A stretch of DNA of 64,000 bases from Thermodesulfobacteriota bacterium (GTDB taxonomy: Bacteria; Desulfobacterota_D; UBA1144; Nemesobacterales; Nemesobacteraceae). Location: contig CBDAUE010000002.1 in the NCBI GenBank assembly GCA_965200595.1, positions 412,359 to 476,358 on the forward strand, written 5' to 3'. The translations under genes and the position numbers were made by a program. This document shows positions 51,061-59,880 of the stretch, one piece after another. The first letter of the stretch is position 1; every line of letters begins with the position of its first letter. Under the pieces are notes generated by a model that saw only the letters and a program-made list of their open reading frames with translations, ran no database searches and was not told the DNA's origin.

Positions 51061-52381
51061 AGAAGTGGACCCCAAAAATCAGACAGCATCTTAAGTGTAT
51101 TTCCTTGGTATTCTAAAAGAGTATACAGGAGGTACATAATGAAGAGTAAAAGACGTAATCATTCACCGCAGTTCAAGGCAAAGGTAGCGTTTTTGGCGGT
51201 AAAAGGAGACAAGACAGTAGCGGAGCTTGCCCGGCAGTTTGAGGTTCATCCCAATCAGATAAGCATGTGGAAGAAGAAGCAGCTCGGCAACGCCGCGGAC
51301 AAAGTGTTCGGCCAGGGGGCGGGCAGCAAGGCGGCGGGCGAGAGCAAGTACGTAAACCAGCTTGAATCCAAGGTGGGCCAGCTGACGCTGGAGAACGATT
51401 TTTTATCAAAGGCGCTCGGTCGGCAGCGGCGCAAGAAGTTGGTAGTGCGCGGCCGGGCACTTTCTTTGGTAAGGCAGTGCAAACTGCTGGATATAAATCG
51501 CTCAAATATTTACTACAAACCTGTGGGGGTATCCCCGCAGGACGAAGAGATTATGAAGAAGATTGACAGGATCTACATTAAGTATCCGTTTAAGGGTTCA
51601 AGAAGGATGGTGTACGCCCTTAAGGCACAGGGCGTACAGGTGGGCAGAAAGCGTGTTATGAGGCTTATGGGGATACGAGGGCTTGCTCCCGGCCCCCAGA
51701 CTACAAAGAAAGGGGGAGCAGAGCACAGGATATACCCGTATCTGCTGCGGGGGAAGACTGTAGAGCTTCCCGGGCAGGTATGGGCGGCAGACATAACGTA
51801 TATAGAGATGAGCAGGGGTTTTGTGTATCTGTGTGCGGTAATGGACTGGCACTCGCGCAAGGTTCTTAGCTGGAGAGTGTCTAACACAATGGACAGCAGT
51901 TTTTGCGTGGAGGCTCTGGAAGAAGCGCTTTACAAGTATGATAAGCCCGAGATATTCAACACCGATCAAGGAAGCCAGTTCACAAGTGAAGAGTTTACGG
52001 GAGTTCTTAAAGACAGAGATATAAAGATAAGCATGGACGGCAAGGGAAGCTGGAGAGACAATGTTTTTGTGGAGAGGCTTTGGAGAAGTGTTAAGTACGA
52101 GGAAGTGTATCTGATGGCATATGAATCCGTTGCCTCGGCAAAGGCAGGTATAGGGAAGTGGATAGATTTTTACAATGAAAAAAGACCACATCAGGGGCTT
52201 GGAATGAAAACACCGGATGAGGTTTACTATGGTCTTGGGACAGCACAGAAGAATGTGGCTTGAAGCAATGAGACAAACAGAGCAGAGAGTTTATGGTTTT
52301 GGGAGTCTTAAAGATGGTTATGCGTTGGTGGGAATACACTTAAGAAAACAAAAATGCTGTCTAAAAAAGGGGACCACCTCT
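51061..52381 (+). mobile_element. IS3-family insertion sequence, copy 3 (1321 bp)
   Basis: Same termini as copies 1 and 2. Private SNPs T at 51089 and C at 51975 (synonymous). Flanks ATA/AAT, so no target duplication. Confidence 0.95.
51139..52263 (+). CDS. IS3-family transposase (374 aa)
   Basis: Protein identical to the copy 2 product. Confidence 0.95.
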   Translation: MKSKRRNHSPQFKAKVAFLAVKGDKTVAELARQFEVHPNQISMWKKKQLGNAADKVFGQGAGSKAAGESKYVNQLESKVGQLTLENDFLSKALGRQRRKKLVVRGRALSLVRQCKLLDINRSNIYYKPVGVSPQDEEIMKKIDRIYIKYPFKGSRRMVYALKAQGVQVGRKRVMRLMGIRGLAPGPQTTKKGGAEHRIYPYLLRGKTVELPGQVWAADITYIEMSRGFVYLCAVMDWHSRKVLSWRVSNTMDSSFCVEALEEALYKYDKPEIFNTDQGSQFTSEEFTGVLKDRDIKISMDGKGSWRDNVFVERLWRSVKYEEVYLMAYESVASAKAGIGKWIDFYNEKRPHQGLGMKTPDEVYYGLGTAQKNVA

Positions 52382-52461
52382 AATTGCTTCTAACCGGGTG
52401 ACGCTATACGCCAGGAAAAAGGTCTCAAACAACTGAATTTTGAACCCTAAAGAAATTTTCT

Positions 52462-53358
52462 CTAAAGCCCCGCCTTTTTCATAAGCTCCCTAGCCATAAC
52501 AGATCCTTCGGCAGATGCTTTTTCCGCTTCGTATTTCCCTGTGCTTCTGAAAATTGCCTTTTTCTCCATATCTATAAAGACAGAATCTGCCGATATTTTT
52601 CCAAGATGAACTTGCGTACAGCATCCAAGTGGAATCTGACAGTCTCCGCCGAAAGTTTCAAGAAAAGAACGTTCAAACGCTGCTGCGATTTTTGTGTCCG
52701 GATGAGTTACTTCGGATATGAACTCTCTGGTTTCCTTATCGTTCTCTCTGCATTGTATCGCGATTATACCCTGACATGGAGCGGGAACCATATAATCCCG
52801 CCCAAGATGCTGGGTGATGTGTTTTGAGAGCCCAAGCCGATTGAGTCCCGCTGCGGCCAGAATAATTCCGTCAAGGTTTTCTGAGAGAATCTTTTTGAGT
52901 CTGGTGTCAACATTTCCCCTTATGGGAACAATTTCGAGATCGGGAGACTTCAAAAGCAGTTGGGCTTTCCGTCTTATGCTTCCCGTCCCCACCCTGCCCT
53001 TTCCCCTCAGCTGTTCAATGGTGCGGCCGTCCGGGGAAACAAAAGCGTCTCTGGGATCTTCTCTTTTTAGCACAGAACCTATGACGAGCCCTTCTGGAAG
53101 AACCGAGGGCATGTCCTTCATGCTGTGAACGGCAATATCCACTTCACCATCAAGGAGGCTCTGCTCTATTTCCTTTACGAAAACCCCCTTGCCGCCAATC
53201 CGGAAAATATCCTCTTCAGAGTTTATATCTCCCGAGGTTTTTATTTTCGTTATTTCTGTTTTAAGTGCGGGGAAAACAGCGCGAAGTTCTGTTTCGACAA
53301 GGCGGGCCTGGCACAGGGCAAGTCTGCTACCCCTGGTCCCAATTCTCAGCTTCATCAT
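52462..53358 (-). CDS. hemC: hydroxymethylbilane synthase (porphobilinogen deaminase)
   Basis: MMKLRIGTRGSRLALCQA start (ATG at 53358 or 53355). Overlaps the hemA 3' end. Confidence 0.9.
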   Translation of the reverse strand: MMKLRIGTRGSRLALCQARLVETELRAVFPALKTEITKIKTSGDINSEEDIFRIGGKGVFVKEIEQSLLDGEVDIAVHSMKDMPSVLPEGLVIGSVLKREDPRDAFVSPDGRTIEQLRGKGRVGTGSIRRKAQLLLKSPDLEIVPIRGNVDTRLKKILSENLDGIILAAAGLNRLGLSKHITQHLGRDYMVPAPCQGIIAIQCRENDKETREFISEVTHPDTKIAAAFERSFLETFGGDCQIPLGCCTQVHLGKISADSVFIDMEKKAIFRSTGKYEAEKASAEGSVMARELMKKAGL

Positions 53359-54655
53359 AAATATTTGTTGCGTCCTGCAAGGAATCCGCCGGATCAAGTT
53401 CAAAAAGCTTTCTCGCTACCTCAGAGTAAAGAACTGCTTCATAGCCGGAAGTTCTCTTTTTTAGATTAGTGACCGGGTCGTGGAATATCTTTGCAGTTAT
53501 GGAATTCGCCAGGCTCTCCAGTATCTCTTTCTGCGTTCCGGTGCTATTTTTGACTTTTCGAAGTGCCTTCTCAATCTCGGTTTTTTTTATTTTCTCGAAT
53601 TTCTTCTTGATATCGATTATAACGGGGAAAACCTTAAGACTCTCCATCCAGTCAGTAAAACTTTTCTCAGCGTTCAGAACTATCTCTTCGGCTTTTTTAA
53701 GATTTTCCTTTCTGGAATTTAAATTCTCGCCCTGAACAACTCTCAAGTCGTCTATGTCGTAGAGGTAAACCCCGGGAATTCTGTTTATCTTCGGATCTAT
53801 ATCGCGCGGAACGGCTATATCAATCATGAAGATCGGATCGTTTCTTCTGAGCTTAAGAGACTGTTTTACGTGTTCACTTTTTATTATGTAATCAGAAGAC
53901 CCGGTTGCGGTAACAAGAATATCAATGTCTTTAAGGCGGTAGAACATCTCTTCAAATCTGATGGGCTTGCCTTTTAGAGATTGTGAGAACTTCTCTGCGT
54001 TATGAAAATTCCTGCTTGTTACATAAAGCTCTTTTATATTGTTTGAGACAAGATGTTTTGCAAAGAGTTCTCCCATTTCCCCTGTCCCCACAAGCATGGC
54101 GGTGCGGTTTGCAAGATTCTCGAATATCCTTTTTGCAAGTTCCACTCCAAGGTAGCTTATTGAAACTGCTTGAGACGAAATACCTGTTTTGGCTCTCACT
54201 TTTTTCCCTGCGAAAAAAGCTCTGTTAAGAAGCCTGTTGAGTATAGGCCCTACTGTATTCTCAGAACGTGCCATGCTATATGAGTTTTTGAGCTGGTTAA
54301 GAATCTGGGTTTCTCCAATTACCATGGAGTCGATGCTGGCAGCCACCCTGAAAAGATGTCTGACCGCCTCTGATCCCGAGCGGGTGTGCATATAGGGATA
54401 AAGGCTGCTGCTGTTAAGCTTATGAAAATCCAGAAGAAAAGACTTGATCTCCTCTTCGCATTTTCCGCAGTTCTCGGTTGCCGCATAGATCTCAACCCGG
54501 TTGCAGGTGGACACTATGAAGCATTCAAGCACGTTTTCTTTCAAAAGGAGGTTGCCGAGTGCTTCCCTGATATCTGCATCAGAAAAAGAAAACCTCTCCC
54601 GCACTTCCACAGGAGTTGTCTTGTAACTGATTCCGACTGAGACTATATCCACCAT
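53327..54655 (-). CDS. hemA: glutamyl-tRNA reductase
   Basis: STCNRVEIY active-site region, NAD domain LVGTGEMG; 442 aa. Confidence 0.92.
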   Translation of the reverse strand: MVDIVSVGISYKTTPVEVRERFSFSDADIREALGNLLLKENVLECFIVSTCNRVEIYAATENCGKCEEEIKSFLLDFHKLNSSSLYPYMHTRSGSEAVRHLFRVAASIDSMVIGETQILNQLKNSYSMARSENTVGPILNRLLNRAFFAGKKVRAKTGISSQAVSISYLGVELAKRIFENLANRTAMLVGTGEMGELFAKHLVSNNIKELYVTSRNFHNAEKFSQSLKGKPIRFEEMFYRLKDIDILVTATGSSDYIIKSEHVKQSLKLRRNDPIFMIDIAVPRDIDPKINRIPGVYLYDIDDLRVVQGENLNSRKENLKKAEEIVLNAEKSFTDWMESLKVFPVIIDIKKKFEKIKKTEIEKALRKVKNSTGTQKEILESLANSITAKIFHDPVTNLKKRTSGYEAVLYSEVARKLFELDPADSLQDATNIYDEAENWDQG

Positions 54656-54686
54656 CTGTCTTTTTTCCGAAACGGATCCTGCCCCA

Positions 54687-55391
54687 TTATAAATTACCCG
54701 TGGAGGGAACTATATCAATTTCGTCTATGTTTGCCTCGCTGGGCTGATTTATAACTGACAGTACGGTTCTTGCTGTAATTTCAGGGGACATCATCTTTGC
54801 CCTGTCCCATTGTCCGGCAAGAGAATCCCAGATGTCTGTTCTGGTCGGACCAGGGAGTATGGCGGAGACCTTTATCCCTCTGTTTCTTACCTCTTCTCTG
54901 AGGGAGTTTGTAAAGCCCAGAACAGCAAACTTCGAAGCGCAGTAAGCTGCCCACCCTGGAAAGCCTTTTTTTGAAGCATTCGACCCGATGTTTACGATGT
55001 GGCCCCCTGCCGGGATGAAGGGAAGCGCGTTTTTTACCATAAGGAAAGTTCCTTTTACGTTTACGGCCATCATTTCATCCCACTGTTCGGTTTCGGTTCT
55101 CTCTACCGGACCGGTGTGTACTACGCCCGCGTTATTGATCAGTACATCAATCTTTCCCTTCCGTTCAGCAACATTTGAAATGAATTTTCTGACTTCCTCC
55201 TCAACTGATATATCGACGGAAGAAATCAAGAAGTTGCCGGCAAAAGACGATATTTCATCTTCGAGAGAAGCAGTGCTCTGGCGATTTTTTGAACAGAGTG
55301 CTGTAAAAAACCCCTCTTTTAGCAGTTCAACTGAGATCGCTTTTCCTATACCTCTTGCCGCACCTGTCACAATTGCAACTCTTTCAGGCAT
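54687..55391 (-). CDS. SDR-family oxidoreductase (sepiapterin-reductase-like by context)
   Basis: VTGAARGIGKAI, NNAG, YCASKFAV (YxxxK). Likely start MPERV at 55391, overlapping the upstream PTPS gene by 8 nt. Confidence 0.8.
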   Translation of the reverse strand: MPERVAIVTGAARGIGKAISVELLKEGFFTALCSKNRQSTASLEDEISSFAGNFLISSVDISVEEEVRKFISNVAERKGKIDVLINNAGVVHTGPVERTETEQWDEMMAVNVKGTFLMVKNALPFIPAGGHIVNIGSNASKKGFPGWAAYCASKFAVLGFTNSLREEVRNRGIKVSAILPGPTRTDIWDSLAGQWDRAKMMSPEITARTVLSVINQPSEANIDEIDIVPSTGNL

Positions 55392-55818
55392 CTTGTTTTT
55401 CCTTGAAATATTCAAAATAACTTTTCTGGTTCTCCCAGATCCTTATACGGTCAAGTTTGTCCGGGATGACTTCTGCGAACCTCTGCCACAGGTATTTCCC
55501 TATATTCTCAACGGTCGACATGTTTTTCTCAAAGAAATGAATATCCCTGTCTATCCATTTATAGTTGAGCTTTTCGATTATAGGTGCTGCTAGTTTTTCA
55601 AAATCGATACGGTTTATGATCACACCTGTTTGCTCGTTTATTTCTCCTCTTATCGTAACTTCCACTGTATAGTCGTGTCCGTGTCCCGAGGGGTTTGCAC
55701 ACTTATCAAATATGGCGAAATTCTCCTTGTCGGACAATCCTTCCATAAAAAGCCTGTGGCTTGCGCAAAACTTAAATATTCTGGTAAGAGTTACCTGCTC
55801 TTGTTTTATCTCTCGCAC
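55384..55818 (-). CDS. 6-pyruvoyl-tetrahydropterin synthase / QueD-family protein, paralog A
   Basis: FKFCASHRL and DKCANPSGHGHDY (Zn-ligand His residues and catalytic Cys present). The LDHKNL-type Asp-His block is replaced by LNYKWI. Confidence 0.8.
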   Translation of the reverse strand: MREIKQEQVTLTRIFKFCASHRLFMEGLSDKENFAIFDKCANPSGHGHDYTVEVTIRGEINEQTGVIINRIDFEKLAAPIIEKLNYKWIDRDIHFFEKNMSTVENIGKYLWQRFAEVIPDKLDRIRIWENQKSYFEYFKEKQDA

Positions 55819-56234
55819 TTGCTGTAGTCAACGAAAAGATCGTCTGTTTCATATACCCTTACTTTGTATAGGCTGCAATCGTCTCTTTCAGCGATTTTCT
55901 CTTCAATTACCTCCCACAGAACCTTAGCTATGTTTTCCGTTGTTGGTATAAGATCCTGAAAACGGGAATTATCCTCGTTTAGGTTTTTGTGATCAAAATC
56001 AGCCAGAACTGATGAGAGGATCTTCTTAAGATCAAAAAGATTGATTATCATGCCTGTTTGCGGATTTATTTCTCCTTGCACAGTAACTTCAAGCACGAAA
56101 TTATGTCCGTGTCCCCCGGGTAGGCTTGATTTGCCGTAAAATTTACGATTTTTTTCTTCCGTCCAGTTTTTGTTCCAGTATCTGTGAGAAGCGGAAAAAT
56201 CTACTTTCTTAGTTATGAGCTTTGTAAAGGACAT
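55806..56234 (-). CDS. 6-pyruvoyl-tetrahydropterin synthase / QueD-family protein, paralog B
   Basis: DFSASHRY, GKSSLPGGHGHNF (Cys position is Ser), FDHKNL and TTENIAKVLWE...LYKVRVYETD. Confidence 0.8.
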   Translation of the reverse strand: MSFTKLITKKVDFSASHRYWNKNWTEEKNRKFYGKSSLPGGHGHNFVLEVTVQGEINPQTGMIINLFDLKKILSSVLADFDHKNLNEDNSRFQDLIPTTENIAKVLWEVIEEKIAERDDCSLYKVRVYETDDLFVDYSKCER

Positions 56235-56281
56235 CGGTTCTGATCAGACTGGCAAATATTTCTACCTGTAGAAAGGCTTCT

Positions 56282-57841
56282 CTAAGGTCTGGTTTCCTGG
56301 ATATCTGGAACTGTGACAATCGTGTGGAAAGCTTGTTGCTGCGTTCTGTCTACCATTTCTGTTATCGTAGGTTCCATCTTTGATAGAAAAGGCTGTGGGT
56401 AAATGCCCATAAGGAATATCATAACGATAAGAGGAATCATAAGGGCTATCTCTCTTGGATTAAGATCCATGAGTCCCTTGTTTATTTTCTTTACTATAGG
56501 TCCGAATATCACCCTCTGATATGCCCAGAGCATATAAATTGCTCCGAGTACAAGCCCTGTTGCTCCAAGTGCCGCGTACACGTAACTCTCCGCAAACACT
56601 CCAAGCAGAATTAGAAATTCCCCTATAAAACCGTTTAAGAGGGGAAGCCCTATAGAAGAGAGCATGGCAATCATAAAGAACAGCGAGTAAATTGGCATTA
56701 TCTTCGCAAGCCCGCCGAACTCCGAAATCATTTTAGTGTGGCGTCTTTCATATATCATTCCAACGAGAATAAACAGAGCGCCGGTCGAGAGACCGTGACC
56801 TATCATCTGATAGACCCCACCCTGTACACCATGGAGATTAAAGACAAACACACCCAGCATTATAAGTCCCATATGACTTACGCTTGAATAGGCAACCAGT
56901 TTTTTGAGATCCGTCTGCATGAAGGCCACCATCGCTCCATAGATTATCCCAATGATTGATAGGGCTATCAGAACCCCTGTGTATGCCTCTATTGCCTCGG
57001 GGAAAAATGGAATAAGAAATCTTATCACCGCATAGGTTCCCATCTTAAGCAGAACGCCGGCAAGTATTACACTGCCGGGCGTAGGAGCCTCAACATGTGC
57101 ATCGGGAAGCCATGTGTGAAATGGAAACATCGGAACTTTGATTGCAAAAGCCAGGAAAAATGCCAGAAATACAAGTCCCTGGGGGCTCAGTATTCCGTTA
57201 AAAGCAAGACTGGTCTTTTGAAGATCGAACAGGTTCATTGACGCGAAGCCGAACTGGTCTATATGGGCGTAATACATGTAGATGATGGCAACCAGCATAA
57301 GCCCGCTTCCAAGTGCAGTGTAGATGAAGAACTTTATCGCTGCGTAGATTCGCCTGGAAGATCCCCAGATTCCTATGATGAAATACATGGGGATCAGCAC
57401 AGCTTCCCAGAATATAAAGAAAAGAATCATATCAAGCGCGGTGAATGTCCCGATAAGTGCCGATTCTAAAAACAGAGTAAGACAAAGAAACGCTCTCCAC
57501 CCGCCCCTTATAGCATTCCAGGAACAAAGAACCGTAATGGGAAAAAGAAAGGTCGTGAGAAGCACGAGCAGGAGACTAAGACCGTCAACTCCCAGATGAT
57601 AAGACATCCCAAGGTCTGTAAGCCAGGGGATCTTTTCTTCAAACTGCATTGTGGAAAGCGAACCGTTAAAGCGGAAAAAAAGTGGAATGGATATCAGAAA
57701 TTCCACCAAGGTTATTACAAAAGCGACCGCTTTTAACTGGTAATCGGAGACCTTCTGAAAATACGGCAGAACCGCAAGCACCACGGCTCCCAGAAGAGGG
57801 AAAAATACGAGCAGAGATAAAATGTTATTATCGAGACTCAC
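56282..57841 (-). CDS. nuoM: NuoM/ND4-type proton-translocating antiporter-like subunit, stand-alone
   Basis: 519 aa, about 14 TM segments, typical NuoM N-terminus (LSLLVFFPLLGAVVL...GVDGLSLLLVLLT). No other nuo genes adjacent. Confidence 0.8.
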   Translation of the reverse strand: MSLDNNILSLLVFFPLLGAVVLAVLPYFQKVSDYQLKAVAFVITLVEFLISIPLFFRFNGSLSTMQFEEKIPWLTDLGMSYHLGVDGLSLLLVLLTTFLFPITVLCSWNAIRGGWRAFLCLTLFLESALIGTFTALDMILFFIFWEAVLIPMYFIIGIWGSSRRIYAAIKFFIYTALGSGLMLVAIIYMYYAHIDQFGFASMNLFDLQKTSLAFNGILSPQGLVFLAFFLAFAIKVPMFPFHTWLPDAHVEAPTPGSVILAGVLLKMGTYAVIRFLIPFFPEAIEAYTGVLIALSIIGIIYGAMVAFMQTDLKKLVAYSSVSHMGLIMLGVFVFNLHGVQGGVYQMIGHGLSTGALFILVGMIYERRHTKMISEFGGLAKIMPIYSLFFMIAMLSSIGLPLLNGFIGEFLILLGVFAESYVYAALGATGLVLGAIYMLWAYQRVIFGPIVKKINKGLMDLNPREIALMIPLIVMIFLMGIYPQPFLSKMEPTITEMVDRTQQQAFHTIVTVPDIQETRP

Positions 57842-58252
57842 GTTCAGTCGGGTCGGGGTAAAAAAATAAAATTTTCGTAATTATACTTTCATAAAATTTT
57901 GTTCACAACCGCACACCTGAAAAATTTTTTAGATTTCTGCGACAGATCCTGAAAAAACGATTGATTCCCGAAAAAACAAGGGAATTACATGCAAAAATGA
58001 AAACTCTGCTGTACAAATTAGAATTTGAAACCACGGTGGTTAGAGAAAAATAGAACCATATATTGCTCTAATTTTTTACTTGTTAATTTTCTCTGGTATA
58101 TTCTCAGGCGTTGTCAGTTTAAGGAGCCCGGCCCTGTCGGGTCTCCGTGAATATAAAACCCGTCAGGGGAATAATCGGAAAGTCCAAAATCCTTAGACTG
58201 ACAACAAGGCCCGACACCACTAAACTACATTAGGGCCAAGGAGAATGTTGTC

Positions 58253-58662
58253 ATGAAAAGGATTATATCTTTATTTGTCGTGCTGGTTTTTGCTGTTAGC
58301 TACATGGGTGGAGCAGCGGAAGCCGAAGCAGCGCAACCAAGTTTAGCTCAATGCCAAGGTGAACCATCCAAGGGCACTAGTTGGGGTACGTTCTGGATAT
58401 AGTACTGGGATCACTAAATGCCGCCGGAGGGGCAGCGATAGCGGCTGATCCCGACACATATAATAGTTCTACATCTGTTGGAATTGTAAATATACTTGTT
58501 GGAGGCGGTCTAGCGGGTTTGGGTGTGGGTATGCGTAGTTCGGCAAACAACTATAATAAAACGTGTGCTGATCTTCTATCAAACAGCCGCTTAGAGCCGG
58601 GTTTTGGATTAGAACCTATTGCAAAGGAAGCAACAGGAATGAGATTAATATATAGGTGGTAA
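58253..58662 (+). pseudogene. small secreted Gly-rich protein, apparently split by a 1-nt frameshift
   Basis: AAGGAG lies 9 nt before the ATG at 58253. Signal peptide MKRIISLFVVLVFAVSYMGGAAEA. The frame stops at 58400-58402, and ORF 58381-662 continues in the +2 frame and ends ...GMRLIYRW. Confidence 0.45.
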
Positions 58663-58691
58663 TAAAAGAATCATTTCTCCTTACTTAAATC

Positions 58692-58729
58692 GGGGACAGG
58701 AAGAGGAAACCTCTTAAAAACCTGTCCCC
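58692..58729 (+). terminator. rho-independent terminator
   Basis: GGGGACAGG (58692-58700) pairs with CCTGTCCCC (58721-58729), followed by ATTTATTTT. Confidence 0.7.
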
Positions 58730-58922
58730 ATTTATTTTAAACTATGCATGAATAAGGTTTTTTTTCAGCTCTTAAAGACTATTCTTTTCTTTTTCTTAAC
58801 TTTTCTAACCTAATTGTTCAGCTTTCAAAGACCTTTTTTTAAATCTTTTCCATTGGCTGATTGAAAGGTAAGATAGCAGAAAATACATTTATTATCTTCC
58901 GCTCTTCTAACCCTTTAAAAAC

Positions 58923-59858
58923 TTAAGAATACGCTTTAGCTGTTATTTCCATTACCTCTATAATACTTTGTTTTCCTACTGCTCCGGGAACCAATATGGC
59001 AAGATCAACTCCTGCTGAGAAATGCTCTTCGAGTTTTTTCTTGCAGTCGTCCGGCGTACCGGCAAGCGCCACTGAGTCTATCAGTTCGTCCGTAAACACA
59101 TCAGCCGGATTTGCACCTTCTTGAACCTTATCAATTATGTCCCCGAAACCTATGTTTCTTATCAGTCTCTGGTAGAAAGGAAGTCTTGCGTACGGGGCAA
59201 GCCCTTTTTTGGCTGAGGCGACTGCCGTGGCTTCGTCATCCGAGACAAACGAAGGAATGCCGTTTGTAATTGATACGGCAGAGACATCCCTCTGCGCTTT
59301 TGCGGCACCTGTGGCAACCTGCTCTCTTAATACACCTATATAGGCCGGGGGACACATATAGGGCATGATTCCGTCGGCGACTTCTCCGGCCAGTTCCGCC
59401 GCGGCTTTGGTAAGACCGGCAATATAGACCGGAAGATACGGAAGTTCTCTTTTGAGAGAGAGCCTCGGAGAAGTTCCGTCGGCCAACGCTTTTACTTCCC
59501 CTACGTAGTTTCTCATCGACTCGATCGGGTCTCCCATATCTATATCGTATCTGTTGTTAACGGGTTTATGGCTCACTCCAAGTCCTAGAATCATCCTTCC
59601 GCCCGTTATTTCCTGTATGGTAAGTGCTGTCGCGGTGGCAACCACAGGCTGACGCATGTATATGTTGGCTATCCACGTTCCGACGTTTATCCTCTCCGTA
59701 CACTCGGCAAACACCTGAGCATTCGTTATAGCGTTGTAAGGCGGTACTTCCGGAGAGAAAACACCGTCAAAGCCCGCTTCTTCTGCGATTTTAGCAATCC
59801 CTCTAAGATCGCTTACGCTGCATCCCCAAACCGGTGAAGTTGTTGCAATTTTTCCCAT
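58923..59858 (-). CDS. luciferase-like (LLM class) flavin/F420-dependent oxidoreductase
   Basis: TIM-barrel LLM signature region GGRMILGLGVSH; 311 aa. Confidence 0.7.
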   Translation of the reverse strand: MGKIATTSPVWGCSVSDLRGIAKIAEEAGFDGVFSPEVPPYNAITNAQVFAECTERINVGTWIANIYMRQPVVATATALTIQEITGGRMILGLGVSHKPVNNRYDIDMGDPIESMRNYVGEVKALADGTSPRLSLKRELPYLPVYIAGLTKAAAELAGEVADGIMPYMCPPAYIGVLREQVATGAAKAQRDVSAVSITNGIPSFVSDDEATAVASAKKGLAPYARLPFYQRLIRNIGFGDIIDKVQEGANPADVFTDELIDSVALAGTPDDCKKKLEEHFSAGVDLAILVPGAVGKQSIIEVMEITAKAYS

Positions 59859-59880
59859 TCTATCCTCCTTGAGATTTTTT

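Noticed and set aside
48120-51137. The 1005-aa track ORF taken at face value as an intact helicase.
   Set aside because: Its first 25 codons are antisense IS3 left-end sequence with no Shine-Dalgarno before the ATG. Its last ~95 residues (after ...KGVPFIFP) are out-of-frame read-through; the real tail is in ORF 48061-48396.
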